DNA of 64,000 nucleotides from a virus (Duplodnaviria > Caudoviricetes), in the IMG/VR virus record IMGVR_UViG_3300037247_001786, positions 320,001 through 384,000 of that record; one strand, given 5' to 3'. The translations under genes were made by a program, and so were the position numbers. Under the pieces are notes generated by a model, which made no database searches, had not been told where the DNA came from, and saw only the letters and a program-made list of their open reading frames with translations. This document shows, in pieces, positions 38,470 to 48,551 of this stretch; position 1 is the first letter of the stretch, and the number at the start of each line of letters is the position of its first letter.

Positions 38470-39636
38470 ATGAAAGTAAATAATCAAGAAAAAAATATTA
38501 TGGATATACATAAATACTTGAGAAATAATTTGGGGCAAAGAAAAATGAACTATGCTGTAAGAGTAACTGACTTTTGTAATTTGGACTGCGAATACTGTTA
38601 TGCAAAAACAGATGTCCCTCATAATATGGACTTTAGGACACTACATAAAGTCATGGACAGAATATGCGAATACGCAGAAAAGGATGATGACAAGAATATC
38701 ACTATCAACTGGACAGGAGGAGAACCTTTCCTCCAAGGCGTAGATTTCTTTCAAGAGATAGTCAATATACAAAATGAATTAACAGATTACACTTTTGAGA
38801 ATGTCATACAAACAAATCTTACACTGTTGGATATGCATTTCTTAATCTTTTTTGATAATAATAATTTCAAGTTAAGAACAAGTCTTGATTTGCCAGCAGA
38901 GATTCATAATGAACGTAGAATTCGCGACCGGAAGTTTGATGGTTTTAAAAATACACTCGCTAAAATTCGTATACTTCAAACAAATGGTATTTCAATTAAT
39001 GTAAATACCGTCATCACAAGTCAGAATGTTCACAAAGCACAAGAGATATACGCATTCCTTAAAGAGAATAAGATAACAAGTTTTTCTGTTTCTAGGTTTG
39101 TCCTACAAGGCAATGCTTGCGACCACGAAGGACTGCTTATCGCGGAGCCTGGTCAATTCGGTAGATTTCTTATCGAACTATACGACCTTTGGAAAGCTGA
39201 TGTAGATGGTTGTCTTGAAAGAATTACCCCACTAGATAACCTCGAAAATGCTTGTAAATTCTATCTCGAAAAGATAGACTATGCCAAGGCTTGCTTCCAT
39301 TGTCAAGACCAGATATTTGCTATCGACCCGTATGGTAAGGTCTTTTCATCTTGTAATAAATTCTTGGCTCATAAGGATACTTGCTTCGGCGACATCAAAA
39401 CCGATACGCTCGAAAATATAATGAACTCGGAGAAGCGACAAGCCTTTCTAAAGAAGGTTACGAGTTCTACTGGTAAAGTATGCCCAACTTGTAAATATGC
39501 TCCTATATGTAAAGGTGGTTGTTTCTTCTTGGCATATACGGCGAAGTTAGATGGGAACTTGGATAGAGAAGATTTCTGCAAAGGTTACTACTTTGTATTT
39601 GAACATATCATTAAATATTTGGAAGGACAAGAGTAA
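38470..39636 (+). CDS. Radical SAM/SPASM-domain protein (anSME-like)
   Basis: CNLDCEYC, WTGGEP, QTNLT, SLD; SPASM C..C...C....C..C....C.GGC...C. Confidence 0.9.
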   Translation: MKVNNQEKNIMDIHKYLRNNLGQRKMNYAVRVTDFCNLDCEYCYAKTDVPHNMDFRTLHKVMDRICEYAEKDDDKNITINWTGGEPFLQGVDFFQEIVNIQNELTDYTFENVIQTNLTLLDMHFLIFFDNNNFKLRTSLDLPAEIHNERRIRDRKFDGFKNTLAKIRILQTNGISINVNTVITSQNVHKAQEIYAFLKENKITSFSVSRFVLQGNACDHEGLLIAEPGQFGRFLIELYDLWKADVDGCLERITPLDNLENACKFYLEKIDYAKACFHCQDQIFAIDPYGKVFSSCNKFLAHKDTCFGDIKTDTLENIMNSEKRQAFLKKVTSSTGKVCPTCKYAPICKGGCFFLAYTAKLDGNLDREDFCKGYYFVFEHIIKYLEGQE

Positions 39637-40706
39637 TGGACAAGCCCGTATTAGGCTCACTTAAATTAGCGTTAGGTTATGATTGTAATTTAAAATGCGG
39701 ATTCTGCCTGCAACAAAATGCCGACAAATCTCCGAAATTAGATTTTGCGGATGTACAGAAAATCATGCAAGAAGATATGGTCAAAAGTGATGTAAAACGC
39801 ATTACCATTACCGGAGGAGAGCCTACTCATGAACCGTATATAGATACAGCCGCTACAATTGTAGAATTGGCTAGTCGAATGGGAAAAGAAACTTGTATCT
39901 TTACCAATGGTGTTCTTCTTGATGACGATATGCTAGGCATGTTTAAGTATATGGGGCTTACTCGCTTCAGAGTTAGCTTGTACGACCCGATCGATTGGAA
40001 ATGGGTCAGAGACCTCATGAAGAGACTTAAAGCTCACGATTTCCCACGCATGGCTAAATATACAGTTACCAAAGAGACCATCGGAAACATCGATGAAGTA
40101 CTTCATAATGTAGCTAATAAAACTGGCATTGAGTGGTTCCAAGTAAAACCATATAACAGAATTGAAGTTCCAGAAGTTGATGCTCAATATGAACTTGAGC
40201 CTGATCAAGTATTTGAACTTTCAGCGAAACTTCTTAAGTTTAAAATGGAAGAGCCTCAAATCAAAGTTGACTTGCTCCCTCTCTGTTATGAGTTCCTCGT
40301 AGATAATACTATCAAGGCAGAGGATATTAGCCCTTGTAATTGTGGTCAAGGCAAAGAGGGTTATCTTGTGGTTACTCCAACTGGCGATGTAAAGATATGC
40401 GGTGCGTATCCTGTAGCTTTGGGTAACATCAAAACAGATACCATTACAGACATTTGGGAAAACCACCATCTTCTGAAAGAGGTAAGAACAAGAACTCAGC
40501 CAGAACAATGTAAAGATTGTGATCATTGGGAAAAATGTAAGAAGAATGATTGCCACTCAGCGACTTATGCGATGCATGGCGATTTCAAACATGGAAACCC
40601 CCAATGTCCTATCATCAAGAAAAAATATGCGAAATACGCAGGAAAAATAACTAATTTAACGCATGACGAATGGGATGATAAACTAGAGAGAATGGGAAAA
40701 ACATAA
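39636..40706 (+). CDS. Radical SAM/SPASM-domain protein (PqqE/MftC-like architecture)
   Basis: CNLKCGFC, ITGGEP, FTNG; CNCG...TPTGDVKICG...LGNI...CKDC..W..C...CH...CP. Confidence 0.9.
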   Translation: MDKPVLGSLKLALGYDCNLKCGFCLQQNADKSPKLDFADVQKIMQEDMVKSDVKRITITGGEPTHEPYIDTAATIVELASRMGKETCIFTNGVLLDDDMLGMFKYMGLTRFRVSLYDPIDWKWVRDLMKRLKAHDFPRMAKYTVTKETIGNIDEVLHNVANKTGIEWFQVKPYNRIEVPEVDAQYELEPDQVFELSAKLLKFKMEEPQIKVDLLPLCYEFLVDNTIKAEDISPCNCGQGKEGYLVVTPTGDVKICGAYPVALGNIKTDTITDIWENHHLLKEVRTRTQPEQCKDCDHWEKCKKNDCHSATYAMHGDFKHGNPQCPIIKKKYAKYAGKITNLTHDEWDDKLERMGKT

Positions 40707-40707
40707 C

Positions 40708-40956
40708 ATGAAGCCGGAACAAGTAGCTAAAAATCCTTTCTCTAAAGATGAACAAACAGCGTTAACTAAAAAAATGTATCATATTATAACAGATTGTGTT
40801 GTAGATGAGGTTATCGAAAAAGCTGGTTCTTGGGAAAATGTTAATGAAGTAGATTTACATAGCGGTATTGTCAATGGTTTCCGAGATATCTTGGGAAGAA
40901 TGACAGGTAAAAAACTTCGTCAAAGTATTCAAGAACTTAATATGGGAAAAGAATAA
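40708..40956 (+). CDS. Hypothetical protein following the rSAM pair
   Basis: Directly coupled ORF. Confidence 0.55.
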   Translation: MKPEQVAKNPFSKDEQTALTKKMYHIITDCVVDEVIEKAGSWENVNEVDLHSGIVNGFRDILGRMTGKKLRQSIQELNMGKE

Positions 40957-40959
40957 AAT

Positions 40960-41436
40960 ATGTGTCTAAGAACTAAACATACAGGAAAAGAAAAAAAAGA
41001 GTTAATGGAATCTCTCACTTTCCCATTAACAGCGTATAAAGTTGTCAGGAAGCCATACGGAGATGATATAATGTCATCAGGCGTATATTCAGAAACTAAA
41101 GGCACTAAATACGGACATGATAAAAACGAAAATAGACATAAAGTACAATTATGTGTAGACTATAATTTTCTGTTCTTTGACGGACCGAAAGAGTACTACA
41201 CATCTGGGTATCACTGCTTTTTAAATAAACAAGCTGCCATAGATATGCATAATTCTTTATATTGGAAGGATGAGTTAGAGATTTTCGAAATAGTTATTAA
41301 GTGTAAAAGTCATATAACAACTGTAGGGATGGAAATGGTGGAAGACCCCCGACACCCATATGATTATAACGACGTATATAGTAGTAAAGAAATAGTTTTG
41401 GTTACGCAACAATTTACTTTCGCGGAGAAAATATGA
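40960..41436 (+). CDS. Paralog family A-like protein
   Basis: MCL...AYKVV...SGYHCF..K..A...ITTVG. Confidence 0.55.
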   Translation: MCLRTKHTGKEKKELMESLTFPLTAYKVVRKPYGDDIMSSGVYSETKGTKYGHDKNENRHKVQLCVDYNFLFFDGPKEYYTSGYHCFLNKQAAIDMHNSLYWKDELEIFEIVIKCKSHITTVGMEMVEDPRHPYDYNDVYSSKEIVLVTQQFTFAEKI

Positions 41437-41651
41437 AAACAAGAATCATTGAAAGAACTGGTCCAAGCGGTAGAGTATCATATGTTATACAACAACCTCA
41501 TTTTCTATTTAGATGGTGGTGGGTAGATGCTTGGATCAACAGTATGTGCGGAGCAAACTGCCAAGATTCGTTTGACACAATGGAAGAAGCAAAAGCTAAT
41601 CTATGCTACTTCGATGGGACTCCGACAGTAGAAGTTATTGTAACTGCATAA
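41433..41651 (+). CDS. Hypothetical protein
   Basis: Coupled ORF. Confidence 0.5.
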   Translation: MKTRIIERTGPSGRVSYVIQQPHFLFRWWWVDAWINSMCGANCQDSFDTMEEAKANLCYFDGTPTVEVIVTA

Positions 41652-41663
41652 GAGAAAATAATT

Positions 41664-41936
41664 ATGATATTAACGTATATAACATTGGTATTGTGTCTGA
41701 TATGGATAGCTATCATTCTTATAGGACATGATGGGTACTCTATCAAAGGACCTCTTAAATGGTGGTCGTGCGGAATAGGGATAAGCATCTTCGGATTGCA
41801 AGCCTCTAGTGCTCAAATATGCTTTGGTTTCCCAGAGATATTTACTATCATACTCTTTATCGTGATGACGATTATGCTTGTTACTGTTGCAATTAAAACT
41901 CCTAAAAAGCCTTTACATGAGAGATTGGGCGAATGA
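41664..41936 (+). CDS. Small membrane protein
   Basis: Three hydrophobic segments. Confidence 0.5.
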   Translation: MILTYITLVLCLIWIAIILIGHDGYSIKGPLKWWSCGIGISIFGLQASSAQICFGFPEIFTIILFIVMTIMLVTVAIKTPKKPLHERLGE

Positions 41937-42166
41937 TAAACCACCATATACCAGAACGATGTAAAACATGTTCGTATCATAGAACATGGTACTGGCCTTC
42001 AAAGCTAGAACATAGGCATTGCTACCATCAGGATAGTTATAGATGTATAGAAAGACCAGGGAACAGTACGTCAATAAAAGACCACTATAGTCCTCGATGG
42101 CGTTGGTTGCTTTGGTGGGGATTAACATTTCAATGGAACAAGTTAGATAAAAAGGAAATAATATGA
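41933..42166 (+). CDS. Small Cys/His-rich protein
   Basis: CKTC.YH...C.H...C. Confidence 0.45.
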   Translation: MINHHIPERCKTCSYHRTWYWPSKLEHRHCYHQDSYRCIERPGNSTSIKDHYSPRWRWLLWWGLTFQWNKLDKKEII

Positions 42167-42561
42167 ACAGTATTATAGAAGAAAATAAAGATGTACTAAA
42201 AATACGGTTTAATACATATTATAGGGATGAAGGACAAGATGTAGGAACCGTTAAATTAAAATCATGTGATGAAAATGGGAAATTATTTGAAACACTGTTC
42301 GCCTGCTCAACAATAACAAAAAATTATGTACAGCGAAAAATATATAATTTGATGTTAAAAGAAAGTTGCGAAGTGGAATTAACTATCTCGATAGAACCGA
42401 TTGATCATACATTCATAGCACGATTAATTAATAATGGATTTCGATTAGAAGATGATAATGGAAAAGAGATATGGGGGCAGTACCATGGAGGAATTATTAA
42501 TTGGATGAAAAAATATGAATATCAAGGAAAAGAAGCGTACTTCTTTTTCGAAGTGTTATAA
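42163..42561 (+). CDS. Hypothetical protein
   Basis: Coupled ORF. Confidence 0.5.
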   Translation: MNSIIEENKDVLKIRFNTYYRDEGQDVGTVKLKSCDENGKLFETLFACSTITKNYVQRKIYNLMLKESCEVELTISIEPIDHTFIARLINNGFRLEDDNGKEIWGQYHGGIINWMKKYEYQGKEAYFFFEVL

Positions 42562-42597
42562 GGAAATATAAAATAGTAGATTCAAAAGGATAATGAT

Positions 42598-42786
42598 ATG
42601 GTAACAATACCACAAATAATAAATCAAACTAACCAGATAGCTGATGGGATAATGGCTAATAAAGAAATGAGAGGTTTCTCTGTCGCACAAGAACTAGAGC
42701 TTCAGATAGCTTCCATAGAAGCTGCATCTAAAATTATGCAAGCTATACTTATAGGTAAAGAGATAGATAATATGAGAAGATTTTAA
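42598..42786 (+). CDS. Hypothetical protein
   Basis: AGGA RBS. Confidence 0.45.
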   Translation: MVTIPQIINQTNQIADGIMANKEMRGFSVAQELELQIASIEAASKIMQAILIGKEIDNMRRF

Positions 42787-42796
42787 AAGGAACGCT

Positions 42797-43114
42797 GTGA
42801 CACCTGAACAAGCAATACAATTAAATAAAGAAAGAATATCACTCAAAATTAAAATGGTAGCAGAGCTACTCATATCATTCATGGACGATGTGCTTATCGA
42901 GGAGATAAAGTCTCTGGAAAAAGGAACACCTCAGAAATTTTGTATGAGATATTTCGCAACTACCCACCTTACGAATAAGGATAAAAATCTATTTGTTGAG
43001 CATAAATTTGCAATAGCAAAAAATATAGTGAATCATTATAATGAACACAGATGGGAAGCATATATAATAGAAAATAGTAATCTTGTTATATCCATAGAAA
43101 TACCAGGAGAATAA
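42797..43114 (+). CDS. Hypothetical protein
   Basis: GTG start with AAGGA RBS. Confidence 0.5.
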   Translation: MTPEQAIQLNKERISLKIKMVAELLISFMDDVLIEEIKSLEKGTPQKFCMRYFATTHLTNKDKNLFVEHKFAIAKNIVNHYNEHRWEAYIIENSNLVISIEIPGE

Positions 43115-43117
43115 AAT

Positions 43118-43345
43118 ATGATCATAATAATAGTAGCAGCGTACATCTTACTGACAGCCATATGCCTACCTTTTATGATAAACAGCGGAAACTTTGATTT
43201 TAAGTATGATTCTAAATGGACAACTACAAAACAAATAGCAGGACTGTTTCTTGCAGGATGGTTGTTGACAGTGATGGGCATTATATTCGTTATACTCGCT
43301 GCAATGTTCTGGATAGTTATGACTATCTTTGAAATAGAAGGTTAA
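43118..43345 (+). CDS. Small membrane protein
   Basis: Two TM. Confidence 0.5.
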   Translation: MIIIIVAAYILLTAICLPFMINSGNFDFKYDSKWTTTKQIAGLFLAGWLLTVMGIIFVILAAMFWIVMTIFEIEG

Positions 43346-43363
43346 ACTTCGAGTGAAAAGAAT

Positions 43364-43678
43364 ATGAATAAAAAAATATGGATAACAAGAAGTCGCAGCC
43401 ATCGATCAGATGGACCAAAATATGTTGTCTCAATATGGTGGATACAAAAACCATTTTGGCACAGTGATGAGAATAATAAATTTTGGTGGTCAACCTGTCT
43501 AGGAGAAAGTGAACTTATATCAACAAAATTAAGTAAACAGTTATTTGGATTAGCACCAAAAGAACATGAAATATATACAGCCGAAGAAACAGATGATGGA
43601 TATAAAATAACACAAAGACAAACAGCAAGAGATTGCTATCGTACTGATGTAGATAGAAAATTAGGTTTGGAATGGTAA
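43364..43678 (+). CDS. Hypothetical Trp-rich protein
   Basis: Co-oriented ORF. Confidence 0.5.
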   Translation: MNKKIWITRSRSHRSDGPKYVVSIWWIQKPFWHSDENNKFWWSTCLGESELISTKLSKQLFGLAPKEHEIYTAEETDDGYKITQRQTARDCYRTDVDRKLGLEW

Positions 43679-43688
43679 AATTTAATAC

Positions 43689-43717
43689 TTGAAAGTGTTT
43701 CCTAAATAAGATATAGT
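43689..43717 (+). promoter_or_regulatory. Sigma70-like promoter
   Basis: TTGAAA GTGTTT...TATAGT. Confidence 0.6.
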
Positions 43718-43838
43718 AGTGACATGAACATATGTGAAATAATTGGAATTGGATGTTTACTAGCAGTTGGAGCAGGAATATTAGCTGGTTTTATAATAAT
43801 GATGGCAGGAATAATGGAAGAAAATAAAAGAGACTGGA

Positions 43839-44114
43839 ATGAATAGACGCAACGAAATAATAATTGGAGCATCTATAATAACTCTTATTGCGATAATCCT
43901 TATGCTGTTAATAAGTTCTGTAAGATCAATGACCCCAAGGTGCCTCGAATGTAAAACTGTATCATATAGTACTGAATACTGCGGTAGTTGCGGAGAGTGG
44001 ATGAACCCTCCATATTGTAAAAAATGCGACAGAAGATATTTTAGCGGTTGTAAAAAAGATAAATACTGTGAGGACTGCGGAGAAGAACTTGTAACCTTGA
44101 CAGAGAAAGAATAA
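43839..44114 (+). CDS. Membrane-anchored double zinc-ribbon protein
   Basis: TM then CLEC..CGSCG..CKKC..CEDCG. Confidence 0.6.
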   Translation: MNRRNEIIIGASIITLIAIILMLLISSVRSMTPRCLECKTVSYSTEYCGSCGEWMNPPYCKKCDRRYFSGCKKDKYCEDCGEELVTLTEKE

Positions 44115-44120
44115 AATAAT

Positions 44121-44414
44121 ATGAACATATATAAACAAAGATGGAACAAGGCTAAACAACTAGCTAACGAGATAAATGATAGGTACGAAAAAGCCATTAA
44201 AGAATATGGCAATAAATGTATCCTCATGTATAGAGAAATACTCGAAGATGCGAATATCGTTATATATGATGATCAAATTATATTACATGTACCTGGAGCT
44301 AATTTTATATTGTTCATAGATGATCCAGAACAAGATATGGGGTCACTCTCAACGATAAAAGAAATAGAAGAACTATTCGATGAAATTAATATACTCGTAC
44401 CATATAAGGGATAG
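44121..44414 (+). CDS. Hypothetical protein
   Basis: Co-oriented ORF. Confidence 0.5.
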   Translation: MNIYKQRWNKAKQLANEINDRYEKAIKEYGNKCILMYREILEDANIVIYDDQIILHVPGANFILFIDDPEQDMGSLSTIKEIEELFDEINILVPYKG

Positions 44415-44417
44415 AAG

Positions 44418-44867
44418 ATGTGCATAGAATATAAATTAACAACAGATAAAAAAAAGAAAATACTTGATAAGATAGGCAGAGAAGGAATAAAAGTCTATAA
44501 GATAGTAAGACATGGAGATTGGGGACACTATCCTATATATCGAAATAAACAAACTCCATATGAAGAAGGAGTAAATACCGCCCAAAGAATACAAATAGTA
44601 TCGTGGGACGCAGTATCGTATATGTCAGGCTTCCATTTCTATATGAACAAATATGCCGCGAAAATGACACTAAAGTATGAATGGGAAGATATGGATGATG
44701 GTTATCAATATAAAATTATAGAGTGTATTGTCAAAAAATCATGGGTGACAACGATAGGAGAAGAATACATTTTTAACGACGATGGAAGATATCAAGATCT
44801 CACCCAAGTTATTATCACTAAAAAAGCTATCTTCCCTGTTTTCGCGGAGAATAAAACATGTGTATAA
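44418..44867 (+). CDS. Paralog family A protein
   Basis: MC...GIKVYKIV...YMSGFHFYMN...IECIVKKSW.T.IG...KKAIFP. Confidence 0.7.
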   Translation: MCIEYKLTTDKKKKILDKIGREGIKVYKIVRHGDWGHYPIYRNKQTPYEEGVNTAQRIQIVSWDAVSYMSGFHFYMNKYAAKMTLKYEWEDMDDGYQYKIIECIVKKSWVTTIGEEYIFNDDGRYQDLTQVIITKKAIFPVFAENKTCV

Positions 44868-45271
44868 ATAGAATAGCAAATAAAGAAAAATGGCTGAAAG
44901 ATAAACCAAAAGTCATAACAGCATATAAAGTAGCAATAGCATGTTATAGTAAAGAACTAGACGTAAGACTATATCCAGTCTTTAATAACGATAAATACTT
45001 TAAAAGAAATAACCTACTCAGAAAAGTTAAATCTGAAAGAAGTGAAAAATACCAACATGTCGATGGATCGAAAAACTCGACATATATAGCATATTACCAC
45101 CTGTTCGCAAAGAGAAAAGACGCAGAGAGACACAGAAACTGGATGGGAGGATCTGTTATAGAATGCACAGTACCAAAAAAATACATAACAGAGATAGGAT
45201 ACCAATACGGACATACAGTAATCGTAACAAGAAAATTCTCCATAGTAGGAGAAGATGAATTCCTAGACTAA
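44858..45271 (+). CDS. Paralog family A-like protein
   Basis: MCI...AYKV...YYHLF..RKDA...IEC.VPKKYITEIG...IVTRKF. Confidence 0.55.
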   Translation: MCINRIANKEKWLKDKPKVITAYKVAIACYSKELDVRLYPVFNNDKYFKRNNLLRKVKSERSEKYQHVDGSKNSTYIAYYHLFAKRKDAERHRNWMGGSVIECTVPKKYITEIGYQYGHTVIVTRKFSIVGEDEFLD

Positions 45272-45305
45272 TTACAGAGAAAGAATACATATAAGGAGAA
45301 TTATA

Positions 45306-45527
45306 ATGATATATATTAAAGAAAAAACAGAAGAATTACTGACAATGACACCAGAACAAGCCAGAGAACTTGCAAAAGAACTTAACTATATGGCTGACGA
45401 AACAGAAGATCATGAATACTCATTTTCAACAGAATTATGGATGGAAGGAAGTTTAACGACGGTTAAACCAATGAAGATTATTATAAAAAATATAGATAAA
45501 AATCCAGAAACACTCTTTCCAAGATAA
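45306..45527 (+). CDS. Hypothetical protein
   Basis: AGGAG RBS. Confidence 0.5.
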   Translation: MIYIKEKTEELLTMTPEQARELAKELNYMADETEDHEYSFSTELWMEGSLTTVKPMKIIIKNIDKNPETLFPR

Positions 45528-45695
45528 ATAGAAAATATGAAACCTATAAAAATAACAAACCCCAAATATAAAGAAATAATAAGAGAACAAACAAAAGAAC
45601 CACTAATACAAAATATAGCAATAGGGTTCGCAGAAGCTCTAAAAGAACTCGGACACAATAACTTCGAAATTATTATAAAAGAATAAGGAAACAGT

Positions 45696-46145
45696 ATGTG
45701 CCTAGAACATAGATTGCCAAAAAATAAAGCAAATAAAATCATAGATAAGATACCACCAGAAGGAATCAAAGTTTATAAAATAGTAAAATGCGGAAGCGTA
45801 CATTACCACCCAATACATAGATATGAATTCGGACCATATAATGAAGGAGTAAATAAAGCACAAACAAAACAAATATCGGCATGGGAAGGGGAAAAATATA
45901 TGGCAGGCTTCCATTTCTATATGAACGAAAAAAACGCTAAATATATACTCAATAAGGAATGGGGAGATTCAGTATATACCTTCAAACTTATAGAGTGCAT
46001 AGTTAAAAAATCGTGGATAACAGCAATAGGACATGAAGTCGTATTTAAAACCGTTCATGGAGATTTCGACGATGTGTATCTTACAACAACAGTCATCGTA
46101 GCAAAAAAAGCCATATTCCCTAAATTTTGCGGAGAAAATAAATAA
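45696..46145 (+). CDS. Paralog family A protein
   Basis: MCL...GIKVYKIV...YMAGFHFYMN...IECIVKKSWITAIG...AKKAIFP. Confidence 0.7.
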   Translation: MCLEHRLPKNKANKIIDKIPPEGIKVYKIVKCGSVHYHPIHRYEFGPYNEGVNKAQTKQISAWEGEKYMAGFHFYMNEKNAKYILNKEWGDSVYTFKLIECIVKKSWITAIGHEVVFKTVHGDFDDVYLTTTVIVAKKAIFPKFCGENK

Positions 46146-47122
46146 TGCTATTTAAAGTATGTATGAGTATAGCCACTATACTATTCTTAATAGTTATAGT
46201 AGTTAATATAGTCTCGTCAATCAAAGAAAAAAAGAAATATGAATATCTCAATGAGAGAGATGATGGATTCACAGGAACAGCGAAAAGATATAGAAAAAAA
46301 CACCCTATTAAAAAATAAGGATAAATATGATAGAAGTAATTAATGAACCAGATGATTGCCCATTCCAGAGAACAGATTATGACGGATTCCCAGATGGATG
46401 TAAGTATGATGAAACTAAATGCTATAATCATAACGAATTCCCAGAGGATTGCCCACTGAATGATGGCGATATTACAGTTACAAAAGGATAAATATGAAAT
46501 GTAAAAAACATCCAAGATATAAAGGGAAAAATAAAGAACAAGCAAAAAATTGCCCAGCCTGTATCTGTATATATATGAATAGACTATTTAAAGAAAAAAG
46601 GGAAAGACAATGAAATGCAAAAAACACCCAAACTATAAAGGAAATGGAAAACCAAGAAATTGTGCAACCTGTCTATGCATACACCTGGAAAAACAACTTA
46701 AAAAAAGTAGAGAAAATAGAGAATAGCTCTTTTTCCCGCGAAAAATAATAAATATAAGGATCAATACAAATGACAATAAACAATATAAACAGAGAAACAG
46801 AAATGGTATATGATAACCTAAAAAGAATAACCAGCAATATACCATCAAAAGATACACTAATAGAAGCAACTGCTAAAATAATGCAAGCTAAAATTATAGC
46901 TGAAGCAATAAGTAACATAAGGAACATAACATGAGGAAAACAAAAGTTATTAAAGCCTCTCCAGCAGCACTCGAACAAAGGATAGATACTTGGATAAAAT
47001 GTAACCCAAGAGCAGAAATAATTAGAACAAGTGCTGCAGCCATAAATGAATACAATGTTCTATATGTGATAATATATGAAGAAAAACCAATATAACACCG
47101 ATACCTCAAATAATTTGCCAGA

Positions 47123-47452
47123 GTGGTAAAAAATGGAATTTATAAGAATATGAAATATAATACTTGTCAAAATCATAAAACTCCTGACCAAATAGAAAAA
47201 GAAGATCATCGCTCTATATATCAAAAAAGATGCCTACTGTCTATAGGAGATAAAATAAAGGCTACTACCGAATTTAGAAAAGTAATGATTGGCTCATATA
47301 GACCAAAAGAACCTGTATTCGAGGGTGGCAAAATCATAGAGTTTAAAGATCCATACGACTCAGATGGAAAAACAGCACACTCATTGGCAAATGTAGAAAT
47401 GCCTTGCGGTTGTACACATCGTATCAATACAGCTTGGCTTGTCAAAATCTAA
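47123..47452 (+). CDS. Hypothetical protein
   Basis: Likely start 47151; CGCTH motif. Confidence 0.45.
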   Translation: MVKNGIYKNMKYNTCQNHKTPDQIEKEDHRSIYQKRCLLSIGDKIKATTEFRKVMIGSYRPKEPVFEGGKIIEFKDPYDSDGKTAHSLANVEMPCGCTHRINTAWLVKI

Positions 47453-48234
47453 CCCTTTTTCGCGAGAAATAAAAATCCCCATTAATAACCCAAAAATCCA
47501 TATAAACTACAATATACACAAGATTAATATATAATGACTACAATACTTAATATAATAGCAACTATAATATATGGACTAATCATATTTAGCGAACACATAT
47601 ATATAAAGATAACACAAAGATAACAATATGAAGAATAAATTCACATGAGGACACGCTAACGACGAATCCAACATAAGACTAAATGGAGAACACTATCTCG
47701 AAATATCTAACTATGGACATACAAAAGAAGTAATAGATAGAGTAGAACATATCACCGAACTACTAAACCAAACAACAACTGCTGATGTAATACCAGAGCC
47801 TCCACAACCTCCACCAAAGAGAGTAATCATAGAGGGAGTAAAGATAATACAAGAATAACAAACAAAGCACAGATCAAACCACAGGGCTTATACCCCCTTA
47901 TCAGAATACCAGTTAATAGCTCAAAAATCAACTATGGCAATCAATAGGGAAAATAATGGAACTAAGTGGTACAGAGTGGTGTAAAAGGGTGAAAAACCCC
48001 ATTATTACCCAAAAACCCAATTAGAGGTCAAAAACCCAATAAATATTGCTCACAAACCTATAACCCAAATATAATAAGAAAAATGCTTATTATTGATACA
48101 CAAGCACCAAATAGGAATATCTTTAAATAATTCTCATCGACCGATCTCGATAAACCGACTCTATTTACCCTTAATATAATAATAAGAATTATTTTTATTC
48201 CTTATATAAAAGTAATGATACACCTTATATCAAG

Positions 48235-48452
48235 TACTATGGCACTCTTTGTCATATTTGCCAGAGTGACAAAAAAACTGTTGTCTGGTATAAGTTGTTT
48301 TCAGTTGCACCAAGTTATTACCACTCTGGCAGTTATTTGATACAATTATTTGCCAGAGTGTGAAAAAACACTTCTTATATATGTAGCAGTCATATATTTT
48401 GTTAAAAACTGTCACTCTGGCACTGTATGGGTCATATTTATTTGCCAGAGTG
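48235..48452. repeat. Iteron-like array of TGCCAGAGTG boxes; probable replication origin
   Basis: + copies at 48259, 48351, 48443 (92-bp period); - copies at 48322, 48413; degenerate - copy at 48235; lies at strand-composition switch. Confidence 0.75.
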
Positions 48453-48482
48453 GTAAAAAGTGCTTTTTATAAGAAATAATAC

Positions 48483-48511
48483 TTGAAAGTGATTTATCAT
48501 TATGATATAAT
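48483..48511 (+). promoter_or_regulatory. Sigma70-like promoter
   Basis: TTGAAA-17-TATAAT, extended -10 TG. Confidence 0.8.
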
Positions 48512-48551
48512 CACGTTCTGTATTTGAGTTTATTTTTTGGAGAGAAAAGTT

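Noticed and set aside
5155-43114. Possible paralogy of 5155, 34253 and 42797 (TP.E start, Y...W.V end)
   Set aside because: Similarity too weak to support without alignment
43781-47445. Numerous minus-strand ORFs rich in F/L/I/S
   Set aside because: Antisense shadows of the very A-rich plus strand; no RBS or motifs
48235-48452. Possible CRISPR array from the 92-bp periodicity
   Set aside because: Conserved unit is only ~10-12 bp and alternates orientation
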